Shown here piece by piece: positions 1-13,000 of a stretch of 64,000 nt of DNA. How positions within the stretch are numbered: the first letter of the stretch is position 1; every line of letters starts with the position of its first letter. The stretch spans positions 47,500,335 to 47,564,334 of the forward strand of contig JAUZTB010000118.1 in the NCBI GenBank assembly GCA_034780895.1, in the 5' to 3' direction. The translations under genes and the position numbers were made by a program. The notes under the pieces were generated by a model, which was given only the letters and a program-made list of their open reading frames with translations, did not search any database and had not been told where the DNA came from. The DNA is from Rhynchobatus australiae (lineage: Eukaryota).

Positions 1-852
1 ATGGTGTCATGACAACAACCTTTCCCTCAATGTCAACAAAACAAAAGAGCTGGTCATTGACTTCAGGAAAGGGGACATGTACATGTACCTGTCTACATCA
101 AAGGTGCTGAGGTCGAGAGGGTTGAGAGCTTCAAGTTCCTGGGAGTGAACATCACTAATAGCCTGTCCTGGTCAAATCATGTAGATGCCATGGCCAAGAA
201 AATTCACCAGCACCTCTACTTCCTCAGGAGGCTAAAGAAATTCAATATATTCACTTTGACACTCACCAACTTTTATCAATGCACTATAGAAAGCATCCTA
301 CCTGGATGCATCACGGCTTGGTATGACAACTGCTCTGCCCAAGACCACAAAAAAATGCAGAGAGCTGTGGACACAGTCCAGTGCAATGGGAATCCAGCGG
401 AAACCAGCCTCCCCTCCTTGGACTCTGTCTTTACCTCTCACTACCTTGGCGAAGCAGCCAGCATAATCAAATACACTACCCACCCGGGTCATTCTCTTTT
501 CTCTCCTCTTCCATCAGTTAGAAGATACAGGATCCTGAGGGCAAGTAACCCCAGGTTTAAAGACAGCTTCTATCCTACTGTAATATGACTATTGAACAAT
601 TCCCTTATATGATGGACTCTGACCTCACCATCTACCTTGTTGTGACTTTGCACCTTATTGCACTGCACTTTCTCTGTAGCTGTGACACTTTATTCCGTAC
701 TGTTATTGTTTTTACCTGTACTACCTCAATGCACACTACTAACTCAATGTAACTGCACTGTGTAATCAATTGACCTGTACAATCAGTATGCAAGACAAGT
801 TTTTCACTTTACCTTGGTACGAGACAATAATAAACCAATACCAATACCAATA
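1..852 (+). mobile_element. Rex1/Babar-type non-LTR retrotransposon, 3' portion (RT C-terminus, 3' UTR, (ACCAAT)n tail)
   Basis: The start reads WCHDNNLSLNVNKTKELVIDFRK. ORF 145-588 reads LSWSNH..QHLYFLRRLKKF..TIESIL..CITAWY..HPGHSLFSPLPS.RRYR..KDSFYP, typical of Rex1/Babar ORF2. The element ends in AATAAA-CCAATACCAATACCAATAC. Confidence 0.85.
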
Positions 853-1076
853 CTTTGATCACTTTGCACTAAAATGGACTTTGTGTTTTTTTTGTTCTAA
901 TTGTGTTCTTTCTTGTAAAAATTATGTTTCATTTATGTTTTAATTTTGTTTTTTCTTGTGATTGCTGCTCATATAATGCTATGTGCCTTTGATGCTACTG
1001 CAAGTAAGTTTTTCATTGCACCTATGCATACATGTACTTATGCATATGACAATAAACTCAACTTTGACTTTGACTT
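853..1076 (+). mobile_element. Short retroposon 3'-end fragment with (ACTTTG)n tail
   Basis: Ends TATGACAATAAACTCAACTTTGACTTTGACTTT. A second copy with similar start and tail lies at about 8020-8247. Confidence 0.6.
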
Positions 1077-1984
1077 TTATGTAGCTTTGAAAACGTTTTT
1101 CTTTACTGTAAAAATTGTAGTGACCTTGTATTTTTACTGCCGTCTTTGATTTTAACCAATTTGATTCCATTGCCATATTCTATGTCCAACAGCAAAGGCT
1201 GTTTTGATTTATTCTGGTACTTGTATTGCTCAGATCACTCTCAACAAGACAGTAAATGGCTGTCAAATGGTACTCATGTTACTATTAAACTGGCTGTCAT
1301 AAAAAAGGCAAAAAAGGCCTTAAGCAAACTTTCTACCTTTTCCCAAGAATGAGAACATTTTGTAATGATAAAGCATATCTGTAAATGACAAGAATTAGAA
1401 ATGTAGAATTTTATAGCACAGAACAAGGCCATTTAGCGCTTTGAGGCTATGCTAACTCCAGAAGAGTAATTTGCTTAATCTTGAACCTACCCTTTCCTAA
1501 AGCATTGCAAACAACAATTTTGAGCATTTTCCCACATGTTAAAATCCCCACAAATTTGAACACATATTTATGGATTCTTAATCTATCACTTAATCCAGAG
1601 GAGAAATTCATCTTTGATTGCTAATACTGAACATGTTCCAGAGTATCAGTATTATTTGTGTTGGTCTCCAAACACTTGAAATACATGCAGAGTTGCACAG
1701 CTGGAACTTAATGCCCTTGCATTCATTCATGCAATAAACTAAAAAAAAGATTTCTCCCTTGAACAACTCTTTGTAACAAGAAGTTAAATTCCAATTCATT
1801 CTTTCATTTTGTAATGGAACTAGTTGTTAACTCACCCACAGTTGAAATAGTTACTCCTTAGTTATATTATCAGTGTCCATTTACATTTTGACAGTGGTAT
1901 CCAATCTCCTTGTAAAAATCTGCTTCTCTGTAAGAACTCTGGTTTCTCTTTATTCAAACCTGAAGTTTCCATCTCTCCAACTAT

Positions 1985-2450
1985 AGAGTCACAGAAAGAA
2001 ATCATTTGACCAATCATGCCTACGCCTGCTCTTTGAAAGAGCTATCCAATTCACCCCACTCCCCTAACCTTTTCTCATGGCTCTGTAACTTGCTCTTTCA
2101 AATATCTATCAGATTCCACCTGTAATGTTTCTCAACTCTGGTTCTTGTCAATTATTTATACTCTGTCCTTTGGTTTATCTGCCCATCTGCAACTGGGAGC
2201 AGTTTCTCCTTATTTAGTCTAATACAATGCTCTCAATTTTAAATGCATCTATTAAATCACCTCTTAGATTTTCCTGCTGTAAAGTGAACAGCCCTAGCAT
2301 CTCTAGTATCTCCATGCAACCAAAGCTCCACATCCCTCATACCATGTTCATAGATCTTCCCTGCATTGTCTCCAAGGCCTTAACATCTTTCCTAAAGTGT
2401 TGATGTCCAGAATGGATGGAATATTTCAGGAGAGGCCTGGATAAATCACC
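1985..2450 (-). mobile_element. Decayed CR1 LINE 3' fragment
   Basis: The reverse complement of about 2370-2440 resembles the CR1 'RPHLEYCVQFWSP' region. The 5' side resembles a CR1 3' UTR. Confidence 0.55.
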
Positions 2451-4019
2451 NNNNNNNNNNNNNNNNNNNNNNNNNNNNNNNNNNNNNNNNNNNNNNNNNN
2501 NNNNNNNNNNNNNNNNNNNNNNNNNNNNNNNNNNNNNNNNNNNNNNNNNNNNNNNNNNNNNNNNNNNNNNNNNNNNNNNNNNNNNNNNNNNNNNNNNNNN
2601 NNNNNNNNNNAGGTAACAAACACATCAACTAACTATTGTTCCATACCCTAACAAAATTATTTTCTTACATTAGTTCATCAACCTTAAATATTGACTCTGT
2701 CCATAGACCCTGCCTGACCTACTGACTACCTTGAACAACTTCTTTTATTATTTCCTATTTATATTATTGGCAATATTTTGCCTCTTAAGTCTTTAGCCAG
2801 GAAGTGTTTCTTCACAGCACTCCTGAGCACCCCCTTTGCTTGAATCCTGCCCTCTATCACTACCATAAAGATTAGCTTGCCAATTCTTCTAATAATAAAC
2901 ACATTGCATAATTTACCCCTTGATATTCTATACTCAAAGCAACACAATCTTAACTGTGCAACCTATCATGATAGCCAGCTTGGTATTATTATAGTGAATT
3001 TGCACTGTGTTTTCTCCAAGGCTATTCGCTGCTTCCTGAAGTGCAGTGCTCAACACTGAGGTTTTACTCCTCCCTACATTGGGCCTGAAATTATCTTTGT
3101 TTAATTGTACCATCACTTAGTTCCTTCATATTCCACCCCTCTTGAGATAAAGCAGAATATTCCATTGGCATTTTTAATGGTTTTTGTATCTGCTTTTACT
3201 GATGTCTGTAACTGGACCCCCTAAATATCTCTGCTCTTTCACAGTACCTAATTTCTCGACATATAGTGAAAACTCCAATCCATCTTTCTTGAGTCAATGT
3301 AGGCAAGTTTACATTTCCTTGTATTGACCTTTATCTACTATAATTATGACCACTTACTTAATTTATCAAACTGCCCTTGCAACTTCTCCCATCTGCACTA
3401 TTTACAGTTGCATACAACTTGGAACTCAACAGGAAAATTGGATATGTTGCTCTCAGTTTTATTATCTAAGTAATTTATATGTACACTGTAAAGCTGAAAG
3501 CCAATGTCGATCTCTGAGGATGTCACCATCTAAATTACATATATTTTATCAGATGTTTTCTTCATAGCATGCTCTCAATCAATTCCCTACCTATGTTAAT
3601 CAGTTTTCTCCAATTCCATGTGTTCATACTTTTGTTAACATTGTCTTATGTGAAACATTAGCGGCCAGGTTGTCATAAAAAATGTTTGAGTGAATAAAAT
3701 ATCATGCAGATGCTGAATGTAAACTCTCTGCTACCTCCCAGCTAGATAATGTAGAACATTAAGCCATTATTCCCTTAAGACATTATCTCCTCTGAAGATT
3801 TTCCACCTTAGCCTCCAATTTTAAAGCCAATCAACTGCTCACTGCCTCTGCCCCCTTTCTACAAATCCCAAATGGACTCACATCTGTAACCTAGCACACC
3901 TGCCTGAAAATCATTGGCTTCTTCCTTGAATAGAAGCCCAATCATTTCCACCCATCACCGTTTGCTCCATCTAGTTGAACAGCATAAAGGTGCAGTTAAC
4001 ACTCATAACTGTACATTTA

Positions 4020-4745
4020 TTTATACCTCAAAATAAAGGTGCAGTTATGGGGGTTCATCAGACTCATAGCTATGACTGTCTTTTTTGTGGGATGGGGGAG
4101 TTCCTCAGTCCTCTCATCATCTTTTCTTCTTGCGCTCTTATGCTGTTTCTGCTTCTGCCTCTAATTAGAAAAATCAATTTTGCTTCCAATTTTCACCTCC
4201 ACTCACTAATGGCCTTTTTAGTTCACGTGAAGTAAAATTATTATTCTAGCTAATCTCAGTTGCAATAATTATCCCACTAGTTAGCCACTTCACATTGATC
4301 TTTATCTGCTTTGCCCTTACTTTTCCAACTGCTCTTTCATAATTTTTGGGAATGTGTTGACCAACATTTATTTTATCAACTTATTTCAATGGTTACCTTG
4401 ATTATATAAGCTCCCACTTCTTTTACTCCCTCTCAGTTTCTGTCTCTCTCATATCAGATTTAATGATGCCGCTTTTTATCCCATCTGAGCATTCCCCTTC
4501 AGAAAAGTTAATAAGGTCCTTACTCCTATCTGTCTCATTTCCTGAGCATCAGCTCTCACCTCTTCCCATCCCTCCTGGTACCATGATGGGGCTCCCTCCT
4601 TCTTATTCACACTTCACTTTCAATGGATTATTTTCCAACATTTTTGCCTCATCAGGGTGATGCTCCCATCAAATACATTTGCCACTTCCCTTCTTTTCAA
4701 CATTCAGCAGAATTCACTGTTCCCTGTGTGGCAACTGATCCACTC
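4020..4745 (+). mobile_element. Decayed Penelope-like element fragment (RT and linker)
   Basis: CAAAATAAAGGTGCAGTTATGGGG...AGCTATGACTGTCTTTTTTGTGGG resembles the PLE RT motif Q..G.AMG....PSYACLF.G. FASNFH follows in ORF 3975-4235. Confidence 0.5.
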
Positions 4746-4754
4746 CTCAATCAG

Positions 4755-6330
4755 CTCAATTTAAATAGAGACAGTTACCTAGGTATGAAGGATGAATTAT
4801 CTGGAGTTGCCTGGAAAAATAGGCTGAAGGAAAGGTGAATAAATGAGCCATGGCAGATATGTAAACAGTTATTTCATAATGCTCAGGAGAAATTTATCCC
4901 AATCCAAAAGAGGGACCCGTTGAGAAAGATGAACAATGTATGGTTACCAAAGCAGGTCNNNNNNNNNNNNNNNNNNNNNNNNNNNNNNNNNNNNNNNNNN
5001 NNNNNNNNNNNNNNNNNNNNNNNNNNNNNNNNNNNNNNNNNNNNNNNNNNNNNNNNNNGGGACCCGTTGAGAAAGATGAACAATGTATGGTTACCAAAGC
5101 AGGTCGAGGAAAATATTAAATCAAAAACTAGAGCATACAAAGTATTAAAAGCTAGTGATGGGCCAGAAGACTAAGAATTTTTCAGGAATCAGCAGCAGAA
5201 GACTAAAAGTCAAGAGCTATAGTGGATATATAAAAAGGAAGATGATGATTAAGGTATGTGTGTGATTCCTGGAGAGTAAGACTGCGGAATTAATAATGTG
5301 AAATAAAGAAGTGTGATGTAAGTTAGGCCAATACTTTGCTTCAGTCTTCACAGTGGAGGACTTTGCAAATGTCGCCAGGATAACAGATGGGTTATTTTCC
5401 AATTGGAGGGAAGAACACGTAACAATCCCTATCACAAGGGACAAAGTATTACAAAAACTAACAGGACTAAAGACAGACAAATCATCAAGACCCAGTGGTC
5501 TACATCCAAGGATTTAAAGGAAGAGGCTGCAGAGATAATAGTGCCATTGATTGAAAATTTTCAAAACTCACTGAGTTCTGGGAGGGTACCTATGGATTGG
5601 AGAACCATAAATGTGATGCTCTTGTTCAAGAGGGAGGGAGACAGAAGGTAGGAAACTCTAGGCCAGTTAACTTAAGCAAGATGCTGGAGTCTACAATGAA
5701 GGAAATAAAAGCTGTTCATGGCTTTGTGAAAGGGAAACTATGTTTTACAAATTAGGTACAATTCTTTGAGAATGTAACAATTGAGGTCAGTAGAGGGGAA
5801 TCTGAAGTTGTAGTGCAACTTGGATTTCCAGAAGACATTTGACAAGATACAGCGTAAAAACTACTGCACAAGGTAAGAGCCCTGTGTCATGGGGTATTGT
5901 GTTAACATTGACTGAAGATCAGTTATCAGACAGAAAAATGAGAGTCAGAATAAATGGATCTTTTTCAGACTGAAAAGACATAACTGATGGAGTGCCCTAA
6001 GGATCAGTCCTTGGTCCTCAATAATTTACTAGCTACATTAATGACTTGGAGTAGGGAGCAGAATGTAAGATATCCAGGTTTACTGATGACACAAAAATAG
6101 GTAGAAGAACATGCTGTGATGAGGATATTTAGACTCTGCAACAGATTATAGATAGACTGAGTGGATAGGCAAAACTTGGCAAATGAAGTTTAATGTAGAA
6201 AAGTGTGAGGTAGGAGTAATCAAAAGGCAGTCTAAATGGAGAGATCCTTCAGAGGAATCTAAGTATTTTTGTGCATGAATCATAAAAGGTTAGCATGCAC
6301 ATTTAGTAAGTAATTAAAAATGCAAATAGC
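4755..6330 (+). mobile_element. CR1 LINE ORF2 (reverse transcriptase) fragment with stops and frameshifts
   Basis: Motifs LKEEAAEI..PL..IFQ.SL..G.VP.DWR..NV..LFK (ORF 5403-5651), HGFVKGK, LDFQK.FD, GVP*GSVLGP and FTDDTK. Confidence 0.85.
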
Positions 6331-8019
6331 ATCATAAGACACAATTTTTCATAACTCTACCATTTACAGTATCTCTTGAATCATCTTTTATTTCTTCGGT
6401 TGTCCTTACCATTCTCTTGCATTGCACCTTCATCCCATTTGTTATTCAAACTCTCCAGCTTTCAACTCTTTCACAGATCTCTCCATTTGATCTCTCCTTC
6501 CCTTCTTCTGTACTTGCATTAATAACATTTTGCAGTTCTGAAAATTGGTCATTGACCTGAAATGTTTGCAAGTACTTTGTTTCTCTCTCCACGAGAAGTC
6601 CTATTCTTTTACAGTAGATCCATGGAGCAGTACAGGTTAAATGAGCCAAATCCATTCCTGTATCTGTGAACATCAGGTGAAATTATATTAAATAGGTGAA
6701 AAGGGAAACATAGGAACCATCAGTTCCCTGTTCCTGAAATATGGCCAGTTTTTGAAAGCCCTGTGGTCCTTAGAGTGTGCAATAATAGAGGCCTTCCAGA
6801 AAAGAAAAACATAAAAGCTATGATTTTGAGAACAAAAGCTAGTTTTTCACAACTTTTTCCTTTTTCTCAGAGATACTGTCATATCAGAAAACTGAAGTAC
6901 CACCATGAGCCTTGAACCCTCTGTAACTCAGAAACATCATTCACCTAAATGTACCAATCTATTAACAGGAGTAAAATCTGAGGGGTAGTCCAATGCATGG
7001 ATGGAATTCAAAGTTTCTTACATCCCATTATGCGTGTGCTAGTATTTTTAAAGAACCCTATGAAATAGCAGTACCTGTGAGACACATCCAGCCACCAGTA
7101 TGCTACTGTATACCCATGTTATGCAGTAAAAGACTTGTACACAGCTGAACTGCACCCTGGTGTAATACAGTGATCTGTGCCCAGCAGCACTGTACCCCAC
7201 TGAATCTATATTAGGATAGGTGGAAAAAGCTGGGTGAAAGAGCTAGATTATAAGGAGCATAATTAGTGGGGGAGTAGGATAGCTTTGTGAGCCAGTATAG
7301 ACTTCATGGACTGAAATGATATGGAAATATGGAATATGAAGCAGTTTAAAGGAGGAAAGAGAAATAGAAAAACCCAGAAGTGTATAAAGGCAATTCCAAA
7401 AGTTTGGGCTGGACAACTGGAGACTGAAGGGCTCCAAACAGTTATAGAATTAGGAGATGTGTCACAAGAAGTCTTGAACGCAATGATAATACCTTTTATT
7501 TGAAATTCTGTTGACCCAGAGACATTATAGGTCAGCAAGCCTTCCAAGAATGGAGAAATGGTTCCATTAAAAATAGGATATAAGCAGTAAAATTACCTTA
7601 AATGTTCATATTAACATGCTAATATGAACATTTTTACAATTCTTTTGAGTTAACATGCTGGTTTGTTCTTTGACAAATCATAAGGATATTGATATAAATG
7701 CTTATGGTTAGAAATGTTTTCAACTAACTGCTTGAAACTCCTGGTTTTTAAAGTCTTGCATGTTCCTCATTAGCAATAAAGAAAAAAACAAAATTAAACA
7801 AAACTTCCTCTGGTTTCTGTACAGAATATATTTATTAAAAGAAAGGGATTCACAAGAGTGATTTCACTTTATGCTTGAGGTAACGTTTATGAACAGCGCA
7901 ACCTTGGCTAGTGTTTGTAGCATCATCTGACAGCTTGATAGATTCTTTATTTCCACTGAGTCAGAAGGGTTCTTGAATCAAACTGCACAACCCTAATCAC
8001 TACCTCAGTATAGCAATAC

Positions 8020-8247
8020 GATGACCACTTTGACCACCCTGCACTACAATATACTTTGTTTTTTTCTTGTTCTAATTGTGTTCTTTNNNNNNNNNNNNNN
8101 NNNNNNNNNNNNNNNNNNNNNNNNNNNNNNNNNNNNNNNNNNNNNNNNNNNNNNNNNNNNNNNNNNNNNNNNNNNNNNNNNNNNNNNNNNNNNNNNNNNN
8201 NNNNNNNNNGTATATGACAATAAACTCGACGTTGACTTTGACTTTGA
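8020..8247 (+). mobile_element. Second copy of the short retroposon 3' end (gap inside)
   Basis: Similar to 853-1076, ending TATGACAATAAACTCGACGTTGACTTTGACTTTG. Confidence 0.55.
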
Positions 8248-9559
8248 AGGTGCGGTCTCAATGAGAAGAGACAAGCGGGTCCAGGTCTGAGTTCTACATT
8301 GTAATCAGCGGGATATTCCTGTTCAGGGGATTTGGGTAATTCCCCATCCTGCACCCTTCTTATCATGTGGATTGTGAGAATTCGTAAACCTTCCCGTTTT
8401 AAACGACAAACCACCCTACTGACTGCTGTAAACTTGGATGATGCAGCGTGAGGAGTGTTCACTTTGCTATCAGTCGGATTGTCAATCACCCAGTGAAGCC
8501 CACTGCGTCACGTTTACTTCCAAGGAAAGAATGCGAAAATACGAAAACAATAGAACAAGTTTGTTAAAGGTTGTTGTCAGATCCGATGTCATTTATCCCT
8601 TATGATCCGTGTGTAAAACAGAAATGGTCCTTTAATAGCAATTTGATGAATAGTAAATTGCAGTAGATTTTATATGTTTATTAAGTTTATATATTTCTGA
8701 CTGCAGAGTGCCAAAAAATTGCGTTTCACCCACAGGTCAAAAGTTAACCATTGGAACTATTTGATTTAGTTTTCCAGCCAGTTGTGACATAAGCCAAATC
8801 GTGTACGGAATACGCTTCGAAGTTAACAAAATATTTTCCCCAAATCAATTCAAATCGGTTACATAATAAATATTTGTGAAATATACTTTCTGTGTTCATT
8901 GAAGCTTACAGGCTTGGGATGAAATCATAGCACACTCCACTGAAATTCCTTGGTCGGTAAGATTTCAAAATGTTTATTTATTGGTCTTTTGTAAGGGGCA
9001 GAGACACTGGTCATACAGGATGATCTTGTGCGTACATGTGCGAATATTAACGATTTTACTGCTGAACTCAAGAAAATGTTGCCTTTGTTCATTTTTCGTT
9101 ACATTTTTTATTAAGATGTTATCATATTGAAACTGAAGGCAGCATGGTGGAGTATTATTACCAATGCTATGAAGTGTTCATCTGTCATTTAGGGCACGTC
9201 ATTCCCAATGCGTTAACGCCACACAAAACAGCGAAGATCGTACGTGTCATGTGGACAACACCAAAGGAGAGAAAAATCAGAGGAAAATCAGGTTTAGGTA
9301 TCTGCCAGCAGTTGGTGCGGAATGCCCTAGAAACGAATTGCTGACCCAGTTTTTTGACCATAACTGTCAGGCTGAGTGGAAAAGGAGAGAAAATAACTGA
9401 AAAACAGAAAGCCAACGTGTCCCATCCCGACAAAGTCTTAGAGATTCTCTATGAGATTAGTGTACTAATAAATTACAATTCAGATTAGTTTAAATTGTGT
9501 CGGACAAAAACCGATTGAATTAGCATTTTGCACAACATCTTCAGGGTAGAGCATCCCTT

Positions 9560-10015
9560 TCGCCCTTTCCTTATTTAAACATCAGTTCAGCGTCTTGCAC
9601 GTTTTGCTACTGGGAGTACTTGAGCATCTAACAGGAATTGTTGGCTGGGATTTCAATACGGCACTGAGATAAAGTTGCATCGTTGGAGGTGGGTTCTCCC
9701 AGAAGAGACGGTGAACTGAGGCACCGACAGTTCTCTCGAACAGACATTAAAGATGCCATGGCACTATTTTGGAAAGATCTGGGAAGTTACCTTCGGTGTC
9801 CCGGCCAACATTTATTCCTCAACCAACATCACAACAAAGAAAAAATAATTGATCATATTGCTGTCTATTGGCGCAAGGTCTGCGTAAAATATCTGACGGA
9901 TTTCCTATACGCATTACTCGTTAAACGAACAGTTTAACTAGCTATAAGGTGTTGGGAGGGGGTGAGTGGTGAAAAGGGAGGTGAAAGGTGCTATATAAAT
10001 GTAGGTCTTTTTTCT
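9560..10015 (+). mobile_element. SacSINE1/DeuSINE-like SINE
   Basis: Deu-domain-like text CATGGCACTATTTTGGAA...CCGGCCAACATTTATTCCTCAACCAACATCAC and tail GTGAAAGGTGCTATATAAATGTAGGTCTTT. Related copies are at 55335-55795 and 59000-59400. Confidence 0.7.
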
Positions 10016-13000
10016 ATTTTTGTATTTCACATACCATCTCTTTCTGTACTGGCAAATGTTCTTGAACATCTATTAGAACATTACTTTAATGGAAAGGTGA
10101 TAATTCTATGAAAGAAAACATGAGGGATTAGCATAATGAAAGATAGTCACAGAAGAAGATTTTTTTGTAAAAAAGTTGAGTATATGGGATTATTTGATAG
10201 TTTGACGATTGCACCTAAGAATAGAACAAGAGCCCATTCTCTCACAACGACTTCGCCATACCACTGTTGGGAGATACAAAGCAGAGGTTATGTGATTCTT
10301 CATGAGGAGGAAAGAAGGGAAAGTCCACCTTGAAAAAGTTTCGGGTAGCCTCTTAACGTGCATTTACATTGTGAACGGGATTCAACTTTTCACATCTTTT
10401 CATAACTTTGGGTTGGAGAGGTTTATTTCTGAATGCAGTATGTACATTTATATCGCGCATTAATACTAATTTCCCATCATTCCATTTACAGTTTCTTTCT
10501 ATGTTTTTTTTCTAGTTCCTGGCACGATTTCTTTTGATGATTGATTGATTGATTGGCGGATCACAATTTAACCAAATGCCTTGATCTGAATGCTCGTGTG
10601 CTTATCTATCTGATATTTATTTGTTAATCTTATTATTTGCCCATGTACTTTATCCATTTGGTATTTCCTTTTAAGTTTCTGTAACATTGTTTTCTAAGAG
10701 TGAATGACATTTATCTTACATTTTCTTCGACAATTTTGTTTTTTTTTGCATAGTTCATCTGCTATCGGTTGGCTTTTTTGGACTTTGATGGACAAGGAAA
10801 ACCTTTTTTTAAGGCACATTATATTTACATCCGAATTGATAGTTTTATCAGAGACAACTTAGTTCCGTTCGTTGTCTCGCAACATTGTACAATATTTTGG
10901 AGCTATTTATGATGGACAATTCACTTTTCTATTCCGTTGCATATTATATGCAACAGATCAGTGACCAGTCGATGTGTATATGTTAATTAGTGTCATCACG
11001 GAAAGGCAACAAATTCAAACATGAACATTTGACTTGACTTCGTCATTGATTCCCACATAACGAACTCTGAGCGCTGAATGTCTCCTTGAGGCTATCTCCA
11101 GCGCTATGTCACTTGAGGCCAAGGAACAGGATGGCTAAATTGTCTGTTTCTGATATGGAGGAAAGATAACATATACACATATATCATTTAAAAAAAATAC
11201 TAGTTCACGTGTTGGGAATATATAGAATTAGGCTTCGATCTACTGCTTACAGTAGATTTTGAGATGTTCCGAGCTTTAACACAAAGACTTATCTTCCTTG
11301 AAACTCTGAGTTCTAATCTCTAATGCGCGAAATGATGACAGGTACCATATTTTAATCGTACTTTTGAGACGTACGTACAACAAAATGTGCAGGTGAAAGC
11401 CTTATGAATCAGTAGATACATCAAATACAGAAAATTCAAAGTCAGCGTCCGTCCACGTGGTATTTAAATTTTGACCAAGGTAAAAGGCTTAAGCAATGAG
11501 CTGCAAATTAATATTCGTTCTGTTTATATATTTCATTACATTAAAGGAATAAATGGTGGTTCAGACTTCCTCATATAGCTTTTCAAAAATATGCTTGCTT
11601 ATAGCTTAAACTGGAGACATTCCAGCATCTATAAATGCAGAGGGTATTCACATTAAAAACAACTTGGGCAGTATATTCCGGTTATTTTGCTTTCACGGTA
11701 CTGAAAATCATCAATTAGACTGCCATTTTCCCTGTCTGTTTATTGACTAGGTGCAAGAGGTTATTCCAGCCGTGCTCTTCAGGTGACTCGGGTTCATTGA
11801 TCTTTTTCCAGGGCGATGTAAATCTATGTATTCCACTTATAATCATCACCTCTGGTTCCGTTCATTATTCCCCCATCAGGAAAAACTCCAGTGGAAACAC
11901 TGCAGCAGATCAAAGGTCACATTAGCGCCTAAATCAGTGGATCGGTGGTAGTACTTGAAATCCTCCTCGAAGTACCGGAATGGGCTTCGATGCGATTCTG
12001 AGAAGTAGCTGAAGATTTATGTGGCAAATAGGGTTGCTGAATTGCAAGTGAAGCACAACCTTTGTCAACCTCTGAATTTAAGACTTTGCAGACTCATACA
12101 GATCGGCCACATTTTCTCTTTAATTGCTCATGCGCCATACTCTGGAATCTTAAAGCCCAGTGTAGTTTTATCAATCATCAGCACTTGGAATCAACAAAGT
12201 CAATCACATAAAAGTAACTCCTTTTAAAACTTTGTTATTTCGGTTTCTCATTTTACCAAATGGCGACACTTGCAAAATGTGAGTACACCGAGATAATCAA
12301 AAGGAATGACAGCTAAATATATTTCCATATCCTTTCAATGTTAGCTGGGGGCTTATTGAGGAATTGATAGCTAAGACCACACAACCGAAGGAAGAACCTG
12401 GACTGCCGATGAATACACACAGCTTTATCGAGCACGATAATAATATTCCTACTTGTGAACACTCACATTTAGACAATTTGGATTATTCTCACCGATATCA
12501 ATTGAAAGTTGTGAAAAGGACTTCAAGAGTATGAAAGTTGTAAACCGTAAGCTGCTGCACTGAAGAAATGTAAAAGCAGAAAAAACTGTGTATATTTAGA
12601 TAATAGAACGACTACTATGATGAATGAAACCAATACTATTGATACAACGATAAATAATGATCGCAAAGGTTAGTTCTGGGTCCTGCTTCACTCGATATAT
12701 TAATGAATAGAAAGGACCAGCGATGGCAATAGCTTCAAATAATTATTGCGCCCTGATATCAGTTAGGGCGTTAATATACACAGTACATTTTAATGCGGTG
12801 TGGGCTAATGATACACGAAGTTAATCACATTGCAGATATTTACAACGCAACATTTTGAATATTTGGCTAAAGCAGGTGATGACAATTAAAGAAGAAACAT
12901 GGCACTCACATACTGAGTGTCAAATTAAAAAATAACTGAGAATTTTGGAATTGAATAAGTTCTGATGGTAATTATATTTATACATGTATAATGTGTGTAA

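Noticed and set aside
145-588. 147-aa ORF as a host gene
   Set aside because: It is the C-terminal part of a Rex1/Babar reverse-transcriptase ORF.
4911-5105. ~47-bp direct repeat flanking a 100-N gap
   Set aside because: Identical sequence on both sides of a round-number gap indicates unmerged contig overlap. The same pattern occurs at about 25079-25222 and 41658-41800.
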